Assembly (NCBI GenBank): GCA_010405405.1
Contig: MU004238.1
Location: 941,530-1,005,529 of the forward strand
Direction: 5' to 3'
Source of the DNA: Microthyrium microscopicum
Taxonomy: Eukaryota
DNA length: 64,000 nt
Both the position numbers and the translations under genes were made by a program. The notes beneath the pieces were generated by a model. That model saw only the letters and a program-made list of their open reading frames with translations, had not been told where the DNA came from and did no database searches. This document shows, in pieces, positions 1 to 13,285 of the stretch; the stretch's first letter is position 1, and each line of letters begins with the position of its first letter.

Positions 1-3000
1 TGATTGACAAGATTATCCTATAGTGAGTGATTAGTGTATAGTAAGCAAAGAGGCTGGGATGATATGAGTTACCTCAACAACAAGCAGGCTGGGCCGCTTA
101 ATAGGGACGCTGCTTGCGACCGCTTTGCCAGCTTTCCTGCTCTTTGACTCGAGAGATTTGAGGTTTGCTGGTATTCCAAGCTCAGGATTATCAGGTTTGG
201 TTGAACGTCGAGTTTGGACATAGAAGGCAAACGAGGATCCTACGCCAGATTCACTGGCCACGCCAATTTCTCCACCTTGCAGTTCTGAGAGTTCTCTGGA
301 TATAAAGAGCCCAAGACCCGAGCCACCATACTGTACATGTGTTCTGTGGCTTGCTTGTGTAAATTTATTGAACAGCATGAGGCGTTCAGCTTCAGTCAAT
401 CCTGGTCCAGTGTCCCTGACGCAGTATTCAATAAATAACGGCTCACCGTCTCCCCAATCAGGTCCATGCATGAGGTTGTGATCCGGTTTGCTGCGGGCTG
501 CAGAGTACTCGACCAGAGGATGTGATAATTTGCTGGGGCGCTCAGTGCTGGCTCTCAAAATAACCTCGATGACACCTCTACGAGTGTTAATATTGGAGGT
601 GAATTTGATCGCATTGGTCATCAAGTTAATGAGGATTTGTCCAACTCGTTGTGGATCAAGCTTGGTCCAGTCGATATTCATTCTGTTGTAAGATTCATCA
701 ACATTGAGTCTCATATCAATGCCTGCACTGTTGATCTCACTCTCAAACATCTTCAGGGCGCGCTGGAGGATAACAAGAGGTTGAACGTCAACTGGTGTGA
801 CAAACAGCATGTTTGAATCGAGCTTTGAAAGCGTAAGAATGTCATCCACAATGCGCTTTTGATGTTGGGCGCAGAGTATTATGGTCTCAGCCGCGTCAAT
901 ACAGTTGTTGATAGTGCTTTTATCACTGTCAAGTGGTGTATTAAACTCGCTCAAAACAGATGATATTTCGTCCGCGCATTGCAAAACGGCACTGAGTGGA
1001 TTACGCATTTCGTGACTGGTTATGTCGATGAATTCTTCTTGTAGACTCTTCAGTTTTACCGCTTCTTCCATTTTCTTTTTCTGAAAGCCTTGTGCCCATT
1101 TCTGAGTTGAGATATTGGTTATGTTGCCAAAGACGCTCTGCAATGCTCCCTCGGAATCGGACTCCTTTTCTGGGTGAGCGCTGAGTAAAACCCATGTGTC
1201 GGATTCGCTGCCATTAACATCAATCCATTTGGTTTTGAAGCGAAACTCAAAATTAGCAGGTTCGGCATCATGTATAAGCTTGTTCCATCTAAGTCGCACA
1301 GCTTCACGATCCGAATCGTGAACATAGTCAATCCAGTTGTCGGATAGATCTTTCGGAATGTCTGTGATTTCATACCACCGACTGTTGCAGTAAGCTAGTC
1401 GACCTTGCGAATCCGCGATAAACAAACCGGCCGGACTGAATTCGGCCATGTGGCTAAAGCGTGTCTCTATGGCTTTCGCCTCCTCGGTACGTTTGGCCAA
1501 TTGTGTGGAGAGTTCAATCCGGTCCAGAGCTGCCATTTTGGCTGCCTTTGCTCCTCGTTTAATCTCTTCTTCGAATAACACAACAGAAGCTAACGAGGTG
1601 GCTAGTTGACGAGTGAGAAGTTGAACGAATAGATTGTAGTCTTGGTCGAAAGGGCGTCGAGGATTTACTCCCAATACCATAAATCCTGCAATTTTGTTAG
1701 TGGAAGGCTCAAAAAGGCGGCTAAAGAGAGGAACTCACCCAAAACAGAATCACCAGCCGTCGCATGTACTGCGCATACAACTATCGAGCGGCATGGGTCC
1801 TTGAACCCTCGCCATTCAATTCCTTCCAGCTGCGAGTAGGGGAACTCGAGGGTTGCTGCATCAGCCAGGTCTTCTGGGTCATTGGTGCTGGATCGACTGC
1901 CTCGTCTAGATGATTGGCTGCCAAGAGCAGAGGGACCATCGACAACTCGAAGAAGGACAGTCCCATCCCCATTTAGTGCCTCTCGGAACATTGGAGCAAA
2001 GCCCTCTTGTCCACTTTTGAGGTCTACCTGTTGCGGTGCGCAAGGATGGCCCAGCGGGACGCCCAGTGCGCCTTCAAGAGTGCACTGTTTAGTACCGATC
2101 AAACTCATGCTATGAACCGACGAGGTGTCGCTGTCGATATCTTCATTTGCAGAATACAGAAGAGCAAATGGTGTGTCTTCCTCGTTGAGTTGTATCGCCT
2201 TTTCGACCGCAGTCCAGAAACCTTTGATATCTCTAGCGCAAGCCGTTCGTTCGCCAACCTCGCGAAGAGTCAACATTCTTCGCTCCGCAATCTTCCGGCT
2301 TGTCTTTTCAAAGGCAGGATTGTATAGGCCTACTACGGAACCATCTGCGCCTACCATCGGAATTAGACACCAAGAGAAGTAGGTCTCTTCAAGGTATTTC
2401 GATCGGTTCATGAATAATCGGTCATCGTCCTTCATGGTGGCCTGCCCGGTAATCTGAGCATTCAGAAATGCGCCTTTGACTTCATCCCAAATTTCGTGCC
2501 ATGCATCTTGATACCGGGAGCCCATCAAATTTGGGTGTTTCTGACCTGCGAGTGGAATGTATGCTTCATTGTAAATGGCTACAAGCTCCGGGCCCCAATA
2601 CATAGCAGCTGGGTGTGGGCTTGCCATGATGAGATTGCACATCTGTCTGAGATCTGCTGACCAGAACTTCATGGGACCCAAGGCGGTTGCACCCCAATCA
2701 ATACTGCACGCGAGTTGAATGTGCCGAGGGAGGTTATCGGTTACAGATAATCTAGTCCAGTCGAAGAAACCAACTTCAGCTTGTTCTTCGACCGAAGGCA
2801 GAGCGCCTCTAGTATGTTCTGCTATTCCTGTGGGCGAAGAGATTGCCTCGATACTGACATCGCGAACTTTTTGGCCTATGTCTTCCTGGTGCACGGTTTT
2901 ACTGCTCAGTTCTGGAATAGGAGCTGCGTTTCCAAAGTAGTCAGTAGCACCCAGGTCGGCACTAGTTCGTCCTAAGTTAGAGATGTCTCTTGGCCCTTCA

Positions 3001-4193
3001 CTAGAACGCCGAATATAGGGTGTGCCCGGTGTGGGCGCATTGGAAAGAACCGTGGATGCGGCAGAATGGTCAGCGCTGATGACTCGCACTTGTGCGCGAA
3101 GAGTGGACCTAAACCATGAAGCTCCTGCATACGAAAATTTGGGCGTTATATCAGAAGAGTCGCGAGTGCTTGCTGGTGTTAGACTCCATCGAAGGAATTC
3201 ATTGAAAGAAGCTCGCAAGTCTACATTGGGGGAGTGTAAGGCACTAAGTAGTGTCTGTGAATGTCGTAGGGCCGCGTTCGCAAATATTATATGCAATGCT
3301 GATGCGCCAATGTCGCTATGCTCATTCAAGTTGATTATAAAGGTCGGACGTAAGTCTTGTTCAAGGAACTCTGTAAAATTCAGGCTCGAGAGTAATTGCG
3401 CATGGTTAAATTGTTCCTGGCGCATGTCAGCAAGCGCTCAACCCGCAAGAAACCAATTGGCCGTGGATGCGTGATAGAATCGCACAACATACATTTTCTG
3501 GTTTTATTGAAGTCAAAGGATTGGTCAACGATTTCTCCGAGGCACTTCGACTGCCAGAAGTGAGGAATCCGCGCGGCAGGGTCACTGTCTTGAAGCTTTC
3601 TTCCTCCTGTACTTGATCAGCAACCGTACCATTATGTTCGTCAGGAAGTGTATGCAGGTGGATGTCGCACAAGAGTTGCTCATCGGTGAAACATACCTTA
3701 GCCTTGGAGAACATTAGAACCCGCGCCCCAGCTTCCCCACTGGAGAAGCGCCTACGACAATTGTCAGTATGTGATGGCTAATATGGAATTCGCGTGGATT
3801 TGTAGTATACTATATGTCTGAGAAATATTCTGTTGCAAGCTAGTACATGACATGAACAAGAAGCGCGATACAAGTGATGTTTCCAGACGAAAGCGCGCAG
3901 CAGAGATAGGTATACGGGCAGACTTACGGGGGTAGCTGAGGTCTTTCGAGGTTTGTACGCGAACGGCTAGAGAAGAACAGAGGAGAGGGTAGTTGACGAG
4001 AGGAAGGAGGCGGAGAGGTGGGACGGGTATCGACTCGAATTCTCTTGAAGTCGGAAGCAGGGAGATGAAGGTTGAAGTCGGTGATGGAACGCTGGCGCTT
4101 GGGACGAGAGGCAGTGTCGCTGGGGGATGGAGGAGAATGACTAGTAGTAGATGCTGTTGTTGTAGTAGTAGGAGGAGGAGGAGATGGAGGCAT
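1..4193 (-). CDS. Hybrid sensor histidine kinase (GAF/PAS-HisKA-HATPase-receiver); 3' end runs off the window
   Basis: H-box DITSHEMRNPL, N-box NLMTNAIKF, G1 DTGPG, G2 GGSGLGL, PAS-like region, and start of the receiver (LLVVE|DNLVN). Predicted introns 3752-3927, 3607-3696, 3417-3492, 1686-1738 and 18-72 join ORFs 3924-4379, 3427-3714, 1665-3425 and 31-1680 in frame. Start at ATG 4193 is inferred. Confidence 0.9.
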
Positions 4194-4536
4194 TAGGATT
4201 TTGAGTAGAGTTACGGGCCATTTTGGCACATAACAGGAGCAGGTTGCAGGTGCGGAAGCGGATGAAGCAGTTTCGTCATAAAAGGGCCACGGAACATGGA
4301 TTGTTGAAAGAAAGTCACGACAGGACAAGACAAGACAGTCAGTGCACTCTTGGTTAGTAACCCGGGAACCCCTAAACAAGCGCCATCAAGTCCCGAGAGC
4401 TTTGACAGAGACTCAGAGTACATCGCGACTCGGCGAGAAGTAGTCTTTGACGATTAGACGAGTCCACCATAACAATCTTGTGAAGACCAGAAAAGCCAGA
4501 AGACTCAGGGTCAGTAATTTAGGTATCTAGCCCGTA

Positions 4537-6256
4537 CTGGGTCCTACCCCTGCTGAATTCAATGTGAACTATCGGTGTGCCACCAAAAACGCCTGTATTT
4601 ACTATGTATCAAAACGACTAATTACAAGACCATTCTAAGCCCAATTTGGACGATTTTTAGTACTGTGTGTAGCCCCCATTCGCGGCTATCACTGCAGCAC
4701 AACGAGCAGGCATTGTTGCAATCAAACGACGAAGCTGTTCCTAAGTAATTACATCCTAAGCTGCCTAAATAGCTCCTCGAAGCTAAATTGGGGTCAAATG
4801 GGCATGGGTTTCATAGAGGGCCTAAATGTGATTCTTCATTCTAGCCCAAACGGCTTTAATTAGGTTCAAATTAGGTAAGTAGGGAGGGAATTCTATTACG
4901 GGGATGCCTATAGATTCTAAGGTGTCTTTAGTCAACTTCGCGGTATGTGAAGAAGCATTATCGTACATAAAAAGGGTTACTATTAGTGTTTTGTTAAAGA
5001 ATTAGCCCACTAGAGGGCAAATCTGCTTAGAATACCCCTAAGTAGTAATCATTTTCTACCGCTTCTCCTAAAATAGACAAGATCCTTTCTTATCTCTATA
5101 AAACTAACCCTAAAACATTTATCTATAAGGGTAAGAAACCTTTAAAAAGATATAAGTATCTAAATATACTTTACCTGCTTAACGAGTAATCTAACGCTTT
5201 TAGTGGTTGCTATTAACCTACGTCTCGTTAGACTAATTAACCTACTACTACTAATCTAATGACTACGTAATATAGGTATAGGTAAATTTAAGGCGTTTAG
5301 CTCTAGCAGCTACTAAAAGATATAGCTTACCTAAGGTAATTCTGCGTTTAAATCCGTGGCTTTAAAGTGCTATTTTAATAGCAGTGTTGCTAACGCTAAA
5401 GTAAGTAAATGGACCTCTAGTAAGCTTAACATACGTTATAGATTAATTCTAATAACTGTCTGTAATAAACGAGATAATCTCGTTAGTTTGTTTATTATTT
5501 AAGGCATAGTGGTAGTAGGTTCGGCGGGTAGGGGTAATATTTAGCTAAGAGAGGGTGTATTAAACCTAATTATGTGTAAATTTCAAAGCCTTAGTAATGG
5601 CTTGTTGAGGGAATCTAACGGCCTTTAAAGTATGTACTTTTAGGTAATTATCGTAGGTAAGCTATAGAGACTAATTTAATATAGTTGTACTAGAAAATAA
5701 GGTATTATTAGTCCTAAAAGAGCTAGTAGCTAACAAATTAAGAGAATCTAGGCCTTTATTAATACTAATTTAGTCTAAATTAGAATTAGGATTAGGATTA
5801 GGGAATAGGGCCCCTAAATTAAGGTTTAAGTAATTAAGGGTAGTAAGGAGGGCTAGCGGCTCTTCTGGAGCCTCTTGAGGGATCTAAACGAACTACAAAT
5901 TAGTAATGTATTCCATAGTGAATTAGTAATTAGTGAAGGGGCCAAAATAAGAGAATAAGTGTGTTTTAATTGATTAAGATAAGATAGAATAGTTGGTTGT
6001 TAAAGCCAAAATAGACGCTCTAAGGGAGCTATTTATCTGTAAGAGAACACTATAGGATTTAGAGCTAAAATAGGCAAAACGCCGCTAATTTATTAATGCC
6101 ATTATGATCTATACCCAAAACAGGTTATATTACTTTAAAATAGGTTATTATAACACCAATAAACGCCTCTATAGAGCTCCTGATCAACCTGTCTAAAGAT
6201 CAACATTGTGGATCCTATGGCTTCCACATACTGGATTCAGCAGGGGTAGGACCAAG
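4537..6256. mobile_element. RIP-degraded TIR DNA element flanked by TA (Tc1/mariner-like TSD; family unresolved)
   Basis: Left end ctgggtcctacccctgctgaat matches the reverse complement of the right end, cttggtcctacccctgctgaat, at 21/22 nt. TA lies at 4535-4536 and 6257-6258. The interior is AT/TpA-rich with no ORFs. Confidence 0.8.
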
Positions 6257-6777
6257 TATGCTGGGACGTTGTTGCTATTAACATAGTAGCGTACTAGTAG
6301 TGCTCAAGAGTAAAAATGTAAGACCAACTGGCAACCACAAAGTACAAAGGATCGGCATGGAGAAACTCAAAATGTAATGTCGTTAAACCTTGCTCTTTGG
6401 AGTTGGCCGGGGGGTTCCGCAGTTGATCAACTCGGGGCTCAACGGAAGGGCGCGTATAACAGGCACCTACTAGTAGTATGCTATCCTACTTCTATATACC
6501 TACTCTACCACGTACTTCTCTACAGTATCCTATCTTTCATATCATAGCGACCACTGGCCTCATGGAGTCACAGTCCATTATATAAACCATCTGCTTTGTC
6601 AATTGTATCCAATCTATCACTTCTGATCAACATCTACCTTGTGTTAACACGGTCTATGTAGGTACGTACAAATGCTTCTATTCCAAGGTCTGCATATTGC
6701 TCGAGCCACAATTTACGGTAAAGTACAGGTATACAGAAACACAGTTCTATTCTTCACTCACTACAAACCCTTCGCCG

Positions 6778-9231
6778 TCAAGTAGTTGCACCAGCCGTTG
6801 TTTGCAAGGGCTCTCCCTCACTCTCCGTCGACTCCCCAATCGTCACTTGGACACCTTTATCCATTGAATAGACGCGTAGTCCCATGACGCAAACCGCGTT
6901 CCAAGGCGATTCAATCACCTCTTCGTCAGCGTCTTTGGAGTCATCTGCCTTGCCAGAACCGTCTGCTCCAACTCCTTGTCGTCGAGATGATCTAGCTGAA
7001 TTTGCAGATGGCCCACTTTGGACGACAGATAGGCTACTTCCAAGTCGTCGGGCAGCTGGGACTCGTTGAGGTGCTTCGGGTTTGCGTTGTGATCCCTTTT
7101 CAACCTGCTCCCAGTCTTCACTCTTGCCGTCGGATTTGTTGTCCTCGTCAGATTTGTCGTCCTTGGAACTTTGCTCATCAATTGGCTCATCGACCTTTTC
7201 CTTCTCATCAGGATCTTCTTTGGATGAATCTTGATTAGTAGAATCCGTCTGGCTCTCGTCCTGAGCATTTTCATCGCTATTGTCGACATGCTTGTCGGAG
7301 GTATTGGACTCCTCGGCCTCGGATTTATGGACTAAGCTGTCGTTGTTCTCATCCGTTTCTTTGTTTTCCTTGGACTCCTCGGACTTTTCAGATTGTGTGG
7401 CTGAAAGCTCTTTTGGCTCCTCTTCCTTCTCGGCATCTTCCTGGTCCTTTGTTTGAACGTCGAGAGTCTCCGACTCGGGAACATTCCCTTTCATCACAGC
7501 CATATCGTGGTTCATACCAATCTGTCGGAGCTTTTGAGGCTTGCTCTCCGCGAATTTCTTGACCTGATCCTCAACCATTTGACGAGTGTCATAGCGCTGA
7601 GCAATAACCTGGGGGATTACTTCATAGGTTCCTGGCTCAAGATCTACTTCAGCCGAGATTGAGCGATCCCGCCAAAGTCCACGAGCTCGAACGATGTAAT
7701 CGGATTCCTTTGTTCCTTGCTTGCGAAGCAGAAAATTCAATGTGAATTTGTACTGACCCTCTAGGCCCCGGAAATATCGCTCGTCCAGTTTGGATAGGAC
7801 AATCACGAAATGCCCTTCCTTTGTAACTTCAATCATGAACTTTTTCTTGAGATATCCGCTGACCCATGAAACATTGACGCTTGTCCATTTGGTCACTACC
7901 TGCCATTCTTCATTGAACAGCCTAGTGCGATCAAGATAGTCGAATTCTCGGAGCATATCCTCATATGGCATCCAGAAAATACCGTTGTTTCCAAATCGAT
8001 AGTCGAGCTTTTGTAACCAGTAGGGATTCCATTCGGGGGAGCCATCGGAGAAGGGGCCATCCCACTCGCCTCCGCCCATGATGTCTTTGTGTCCCCAAGG
8101 ATTTCGAATCTGAACTAGACGAATTGATTTGCCGTCCTCGTCTTTCTCTTCGACAGCGCGCAGGATTGAATAGGCGTGACACAGTCTCAATCCGTGCTTC
8201 CAAGGCTCGCTTTCGGCACCACTTGATCGCGATGAAAGCGCAAACAGAAAGTTTTTATCCTTATTGACCATGTCCTGCCAGAGCTCGTCGGGGTCCAGAA
8301 TATTGTCGCATCTGATAGCAGTAGTAACACCGCCACTCATATCCTCAACAGCTTCGCCCATCCAGCCACCCTCCAGAGAATCATAATCGCCGTGGATCTT
8401 CGCAAACGCCTTTTCAAGAAGTGGCAACCAGGTCTCATTCTGATCTTCGCAGCTGGCAAAGAACAAAGCATCAGATCCAGTGTGATACCGCGCCCTATAC
8501 TTCCGCGCTTCTTCTCCTCTAGGATCGTAGTTGCCGCTCCAGTCCTTGTAGCGGACATAGAGCATATCATCAACAACAGTGGAAACCCACTCGCCGTCGC
8601 GATAGAACACAAATCCATATACACCACACGCCTCATTCCTCGCAACACACACCTTCTCCATCACCCCAGGTACACTACACAGCGTGCCAACAGCAGCAAG
8701 CCACCAACAATCACCCGCCTTTCCCTGGCGAATATCGACCTCGCTGAACCCATTGGCCGCAAACTGCGGCTTCTTGTAAATATATCCCACTCTTTTCGCG
8801 CCTCCTGGCCTGCTCGAGCTACTACTCTTGCACCCAGTGACACCCTCGCCTGGTGGTGAAGCACCACTACTCCCATCCTCTTCATCATGCGCCAGTCCTT
8901 CTAAACAATACTTTTCGCCGTAGCGTAAATCCCACTCAATGTCGAATTCGCTGTCTGTGAACTTTTCGTTCGTCCGCTTACATTCTCGGACTACACGTGC
9001 TACGCGTTCGCGACACTCTTGCGCGGCGGCTTCGTAGGAATCCGCGGCATTGCAGTAGGTCGCGGCACCGTCGGCGTGCAGGTTGGCTGGAAGGAGGTTT
9101 TGGTAGAGACTGGGTGGGAAGATTTGGGTTGCGCGGGATGGGGTGGGCGAGAGGAATTTGGACCAGAAATTTGTGATTGCTTTTTGAGGAGCGTCGCGGA
9201 CCTTCTTCTTGGGTTTGGCGGGAGTGGTCAT
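6778..9231 (-). CDS. Calpain-like cysteine protease (peptidase C2), 817 aa
   Basis: Catalytic triad motifs QGKAGDCWWLAA, HAYS and RNPWG, plus WLPLLEKAFAKIHGDY. Single long ORF. Confidence 0.9.
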   Translation of the reverse strand: MTTPAKPKKKVRDAPQKAITNFWSKFLSPTPSRATQIFPPSLYQNLLPANLHADGAATYCNAADSYEAAAQECRERVARVVRECKRTNEKFTDSEFDIEWDLRYGEKYCLEGLAHDEEDGSSGASPPGEGVTGCKSSSSSRPGGAKRVGYIYKKPQFAANGFSEVDIRQGKAGDCWWLAAVGTLCSVPGVMEKVCVARNEACGVYGFVFYRDGEWVSTVVDDMLYVRYKDWSGNYDPRGEEARKYRARYHTGSDALFFASCEDQNETWLPLLEKAFAKIHGDYDSLEGGWMGEAVEDMSGGVTTAIRCDNILDPDELWQDMVNKDKNFLFALSSRSSGAESEPWKHGLRLCHAYSILRAVEEKDEDGKSIRLVQIRNPWGHKDIMGGGEWDGPFSDGSPEWNPYWLQKLDYRFGNNGIFWMPYEDMLREFDYLDRTRLFNEEWQVVTKWTSVNVSWVSGYLKKKFMIEVTKEGHFVIVLSKLDERYFRGLEGQYKFTLNFLLRKQGTKESDYIVRARGLWRDRSISAEVDLEPGTYEVIPQVIAQRYDTRQMVEDQVKKFAESKPQKLRQIGMNHDMAVMKGNVPESETLDVQTKDQEDAEKEEEPKELSATQSEKSEESKENKETDENNDSLVHKSEAEESNTSDKHVDNSDENAQDESQTDSTNQDSSKEDPDEKEKVDEPIDEQSSKDDKSDEDNKSDGKSEDWEQVEKGSQRKPEAPQRVPAARRLGSSLSVVQSGPSANSARSSRRQGVGADGSGKADDSKDADEEVIESPWNAVCVMGLRVYSMDKGVQVTIGESTESEGEPLQTTAGATT

Positions 9232-11686
9232 ATTGGTGGTTTATATCTCTGCGATTTGGTGGATTGTCTGAAACGGATGTCAGTATAGAGATTTTTTGAA
9301 AAAGCTATAGGCTGACCATACAGTGATTGTCGTGATTTTCAGATGTTAACGTTTAGAGAGTAATTACTAATGTTTTTGCTTTCTCTGTATTCTCTCCTCA
9401 GAATGACTCTTTCGTCGCCTTCTTTCCAAATGTCGGTGTGGTACTGCAGGGTCCAAGATCAAATCTCACCGTTCAAGTACAACGACGCGAACCACACGAA
9501 GCGAGAAGAACTAGGCAACTGAGAAAATAAGGTAACGACGATCTATAACCTGACTCTTTCAAAGTGCGAAAATTCGTAGTCTAAATATACCTATGTATGC
9601 CCGTGGTACCTACTATCTTGAGGCCTCCCCAGGGTCCGATCCACCCGAGACCCTTCTCACCAACTCACCGGTCAGATATAAACGATAGAATCCTCGCCAT
9701 CTTGCAATCAGGCTGCAAAGCCAGTTTGGCAGTGCATGCAGTAGGCACTACCGTAGCTCAGCCGCGCCAAGCTCCCACAATCAGCGAATCACAGGTAGTC
9801 GGGAGTGGTAGCTTCGGAGCCGAGTGGAGGCCTGCAAGGCCTGTTGGATATGCGGGGCAAATTATTGAGTTGGCGAACCTGTGATGCTGAGCCACATGGT
9901 CAATACTTTGCTATCGTGGACGTCTGACAGCGATTTTCCGAAAGGGACCTGCTAGTTGCTGCATAATCGGGATGCTGTGGCTGTGGTTCCGCGGGAATCG
10001 CGGGATTGGTTGACAGAGTTCTCGCTTGAGATGGAGGCGTTGGGGCGGTTACGCAGCTTCGCTGGATTGGGGAGTATGTGTGGCTGGGGTGCAAAAGGTA
10101 CGGTATGTACAGAGATGGGCGTTTTGTTAGAATTGGAGTAGGCCTCCTGCTTGGTAGTGGCATTTCAAGGTTGGATGACAATGGCTGTGGTGGTGTTAGA
10201 GGCCGGTTGAAGTGTAATACTTCGATACTGCGATACTGCGTGGGGACTGAAACGACCTCTAGCTGGGAACATACAAGCTGAACTGAAGGCTTTGCTTCTA
10301 GCTATTGTTCTTAGACTGGGGCGATACCTAGACTCCCCGGTTCTGAACCCAGCATTATTCGGGAATGTGTGGACATACTTTGCATATCTGAACTCTGGGG
10401 AAACGCTACGAAGGATTGGCTGTCAAGGCTGTGTAACGATAGCGTACCCCAAGGTTGAGAGGCTCTAAGATCCATGAAGTGCGCTCTCTTACCGTCTCGT
10501 TCAAAGTATTCAGCATTCAAATATTAGATTACCACAGACCGAGCTGATCAATGACTTACTTACTCTAACCGGGAAGATGCTGAGAATAGGACTGTTGTAG
10601 TTGAAAAGATGTTGCCTTCTTTATTCTGAGCAATACTACCTTATATTAGGTAGTTTTGGCTAGCTTAGACCTTCGTCGTCTCTTCAAAAGTTCATCTGCG
10701 AAACATGATTGTTGAAGAAGCACTGCATACCTACATACACTCATGAGGTACCTATACCTGATTTCTTATGAATGAGCTTTGCAGCTCAAACGTCATCAGG
10801 CTGAAGAGCCTCCCAATTGGCTTAACAAAGGGGCTATCCACGTCTTGCACTAACAACACGCGCTAGTGTCGCTGCCCCACTGAGCCTCAACTCTCCAAAA
10901 ATTTCTGAAGCTTTTTCTCCTCTTCTTCTTTCTTACCATCACAGATTTGTGTCCTCGAGTTCCTGATCTTCTGGATCAGTTGCAGCGCTTGGACGTTCGA
11001 TAATTCAAGGAGCCATCTATTATCATGATGTCAATCATCCAGTCGGCAAATCTCAGAGCAAGCCAGCATAGCAACGTCAATCCTGAGTCTCTTCGTGAGC
11101 TCGGTGCGGCAGCTGTGTTGGGGGCTTCTTATTCCAATTCTTCTCGAGAGGGCACTTAGCTCGTGAATTAGGAGATAGACCAAGGGCCTACATTCTTTTC
11201 TTCAATCTTTTACTGGCTTTTATCCATCGTGGCTATGCCATGTCTTTCAACTCGTTGAATTTCTTTCGGCTTCTGTTGCTGAAGGGGTTTTCCCGTTCTA
11301 CCGAATGCTAAGCTTGGGCTTCCCTCTTGGTTCTTATATGAGTGTATATTTACGTCTTCCGTCGAAACCTACTACTGCACTACGGGTATCGAGCTCCACG
11401 CATAGCTTTTGCGATGCGTAGCAGCGGTGCGTGTTCTATAAGCCTCGATTATATTGTCTGCCAGGGCAGCAACGCGGCAATTGACCTGTGCACACTCCAT
11501 GACTGGCTATTTTGATTGCTTTGTCCGATTAACTATTAATTACATTCCAAATACTTCAAATTCTGCCCAGAAATTCTATGGACTGTGCGAATCAACGTGC
11601 CGAAGACATCATCTTGCTATCTCGACTTATGAATCGGAGCAGACTCTGTCAACGACACGCTCTAGAATTCGGCACCACTAGAAGCC

Positions 11687-12564
11687 ATGCTGTCTTCATT
11701 ATCATTTCTTCTTGCTTTGGCCTGCAGCGCCGTAAACGCAGCTCCTAAGGTTCTAATATGTAGTGACAGTACAACAGCAGACTATGCGAAAACCAATGAC
11801 CTCCAAGGATGGGGCTACTTTTTAAACGAGTATATGTCCATCAAGGTCGTCAACATGGCAAAGAACGGCCGAAGCACACGCTCCTTCATTCGCGAAGGAC
11901 TATGGGCGAAGTTACTCGCAGATACGCAACCAGGAGACTTTGTCATAATTGAAATGGGCCACAACGATGTAGGAGGTCCTCCTACAGCTTGACATGTGGA
12001 TACTGACTGGTCAAAGGGCAATGACCCAAGCGGCAAAAACAACACAGCTGAAAGAGCTTCTAGAGGAGTACTTCGGGGAATTGGCAACAATACTATACAG
12101 GGTCCTTCTGGCAAAGATGGCAAGATGGAGACCGTCCATACCTTTGGCTGGTATTTGAGAGAAATGGTCAAAGATGTACAGACAAAGCAAGGTATCCCTT
12201 TGCTATCAGGAATGGTTCCTACAAATAGCTTTACAGGGACCTCGTTTCGACGCAACTTCCCCATGGCCGAAGATACAAAGACGGTTGCAAAAGAGATGAA
12301 GGTTGAATACATCGATCACACCAAGTATACCGCCGAAAGGTTCGAGGCATTGGGCCCAGCAGCTGTCAAGAAGTTCTTTCCTCATGATAGCACCCATACA
12401 GATGCAGCAGGAGCTAGAGGTATGTTTGATATCGATCCGATGTATCATCGCTAATTATGCTTGCAGTAAACACTGAGACGTTTATAACGGCGCTGAAATG
12501 TGCAAAGTCGAAGGCTGCAGAATTTATAGGACCAACGGGCCAAGCTCTAACGCAAAAATGCTAG
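11687..12564 (+). CDS. Secreted SGNH/GDSL esterase, rhamnogalacturonan acetylesterase-like (CE12)
   Basis: Signal peptide, then SDSTT, GWG, GRSTRSF, GHND and DSTH motifs. Introns 11969-12016 and about 12420-12467. Stop TAG at 12562-12564. Confidence 0.85.
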
Positions 12565-12651
12565 GTTTCGCTTTCAAGACATTATCCGTTATACAGACGC
12601 CTCGCTAGGGGTATTATGGTACATGAACATCGTGATGCAATTCGTCTCCAC

Positions 12652-13285
12652 CTATAGTAACTTTTGACGGCCAGTGACTTGGTCCACCAAGCTCTTTGGT
12701 CCAGGCCCAACTCCTAGAACTGTAGCGCTGCCCGCGGCAATTTGTGTTCGTCCGGCATCGTGAATGATTTGCGCAGTGAGACCGAGACTCATCGCTTGCG
12801 CCTGGAGTAACAGCAACTCGTCTTCGCTCTTCGCTTGCACCGCGATTTTGGCTTGGCCGGAGGCACTCCAGGTTTTTAGTACACTATTTGGACTTGGGAA
12901 CTTGATCTCTTTGACGCGGAGGTATTTGTAACAGGCGAGGGTAGCGTGGGAGCATTGGGCGGCGATTTTGCCTAAATGCTGGTTAGTTGTGATGAATGGA
13001 AAAGAACTGGGACCATAATATACCTTTTGTCATGCCGAGATCAGTTCGCACGACTAGGACGAGCTTGCAGTCTTCGATGCTGTCGTTGTCTCTTGTGTCA
13101 TTGGCCATGATGCTATCATAATCTTCTTCCTCCTCGGAATCGAATAATTCTATCTCTCGTTGGTTTGCTGGTTGTTGTGTAGTAGGGATAGGTTTAGGAG
13201 CGGTGAACCGGCCGAGATAGAAGCCTGCTACAGTGCCTGCGAGTAGCAAGCCTGCTGCTACAGCGTAGTGAGAACTTTCCGGCAT
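12652..13285 (-). CDS. PTH2: Peptidyl-tRNA hydrolase 2
   Basis: N-terminal TM anchor, KLVLVVRTDLGMTKG|KIAAQCSHA, and IHDAGRTQIAAGSATVLGVGPGP. One intron at about 12972-13023. Confidence 0.92.

Noticed and set aside
9597..10520. Short ORFs upstream of the calpain gene
   Set aside because: No consistent spliced frame or recognisable motif.
11969..12016. In-frame TGA in the CE12 esterase, suggesting readthrough, selenocysteine or a pseudogene
   Set aside because: The TGA lies in a 48-nt intron (GTAGGA…TACTGAC…AAG) whose removal restores GHND|GND.
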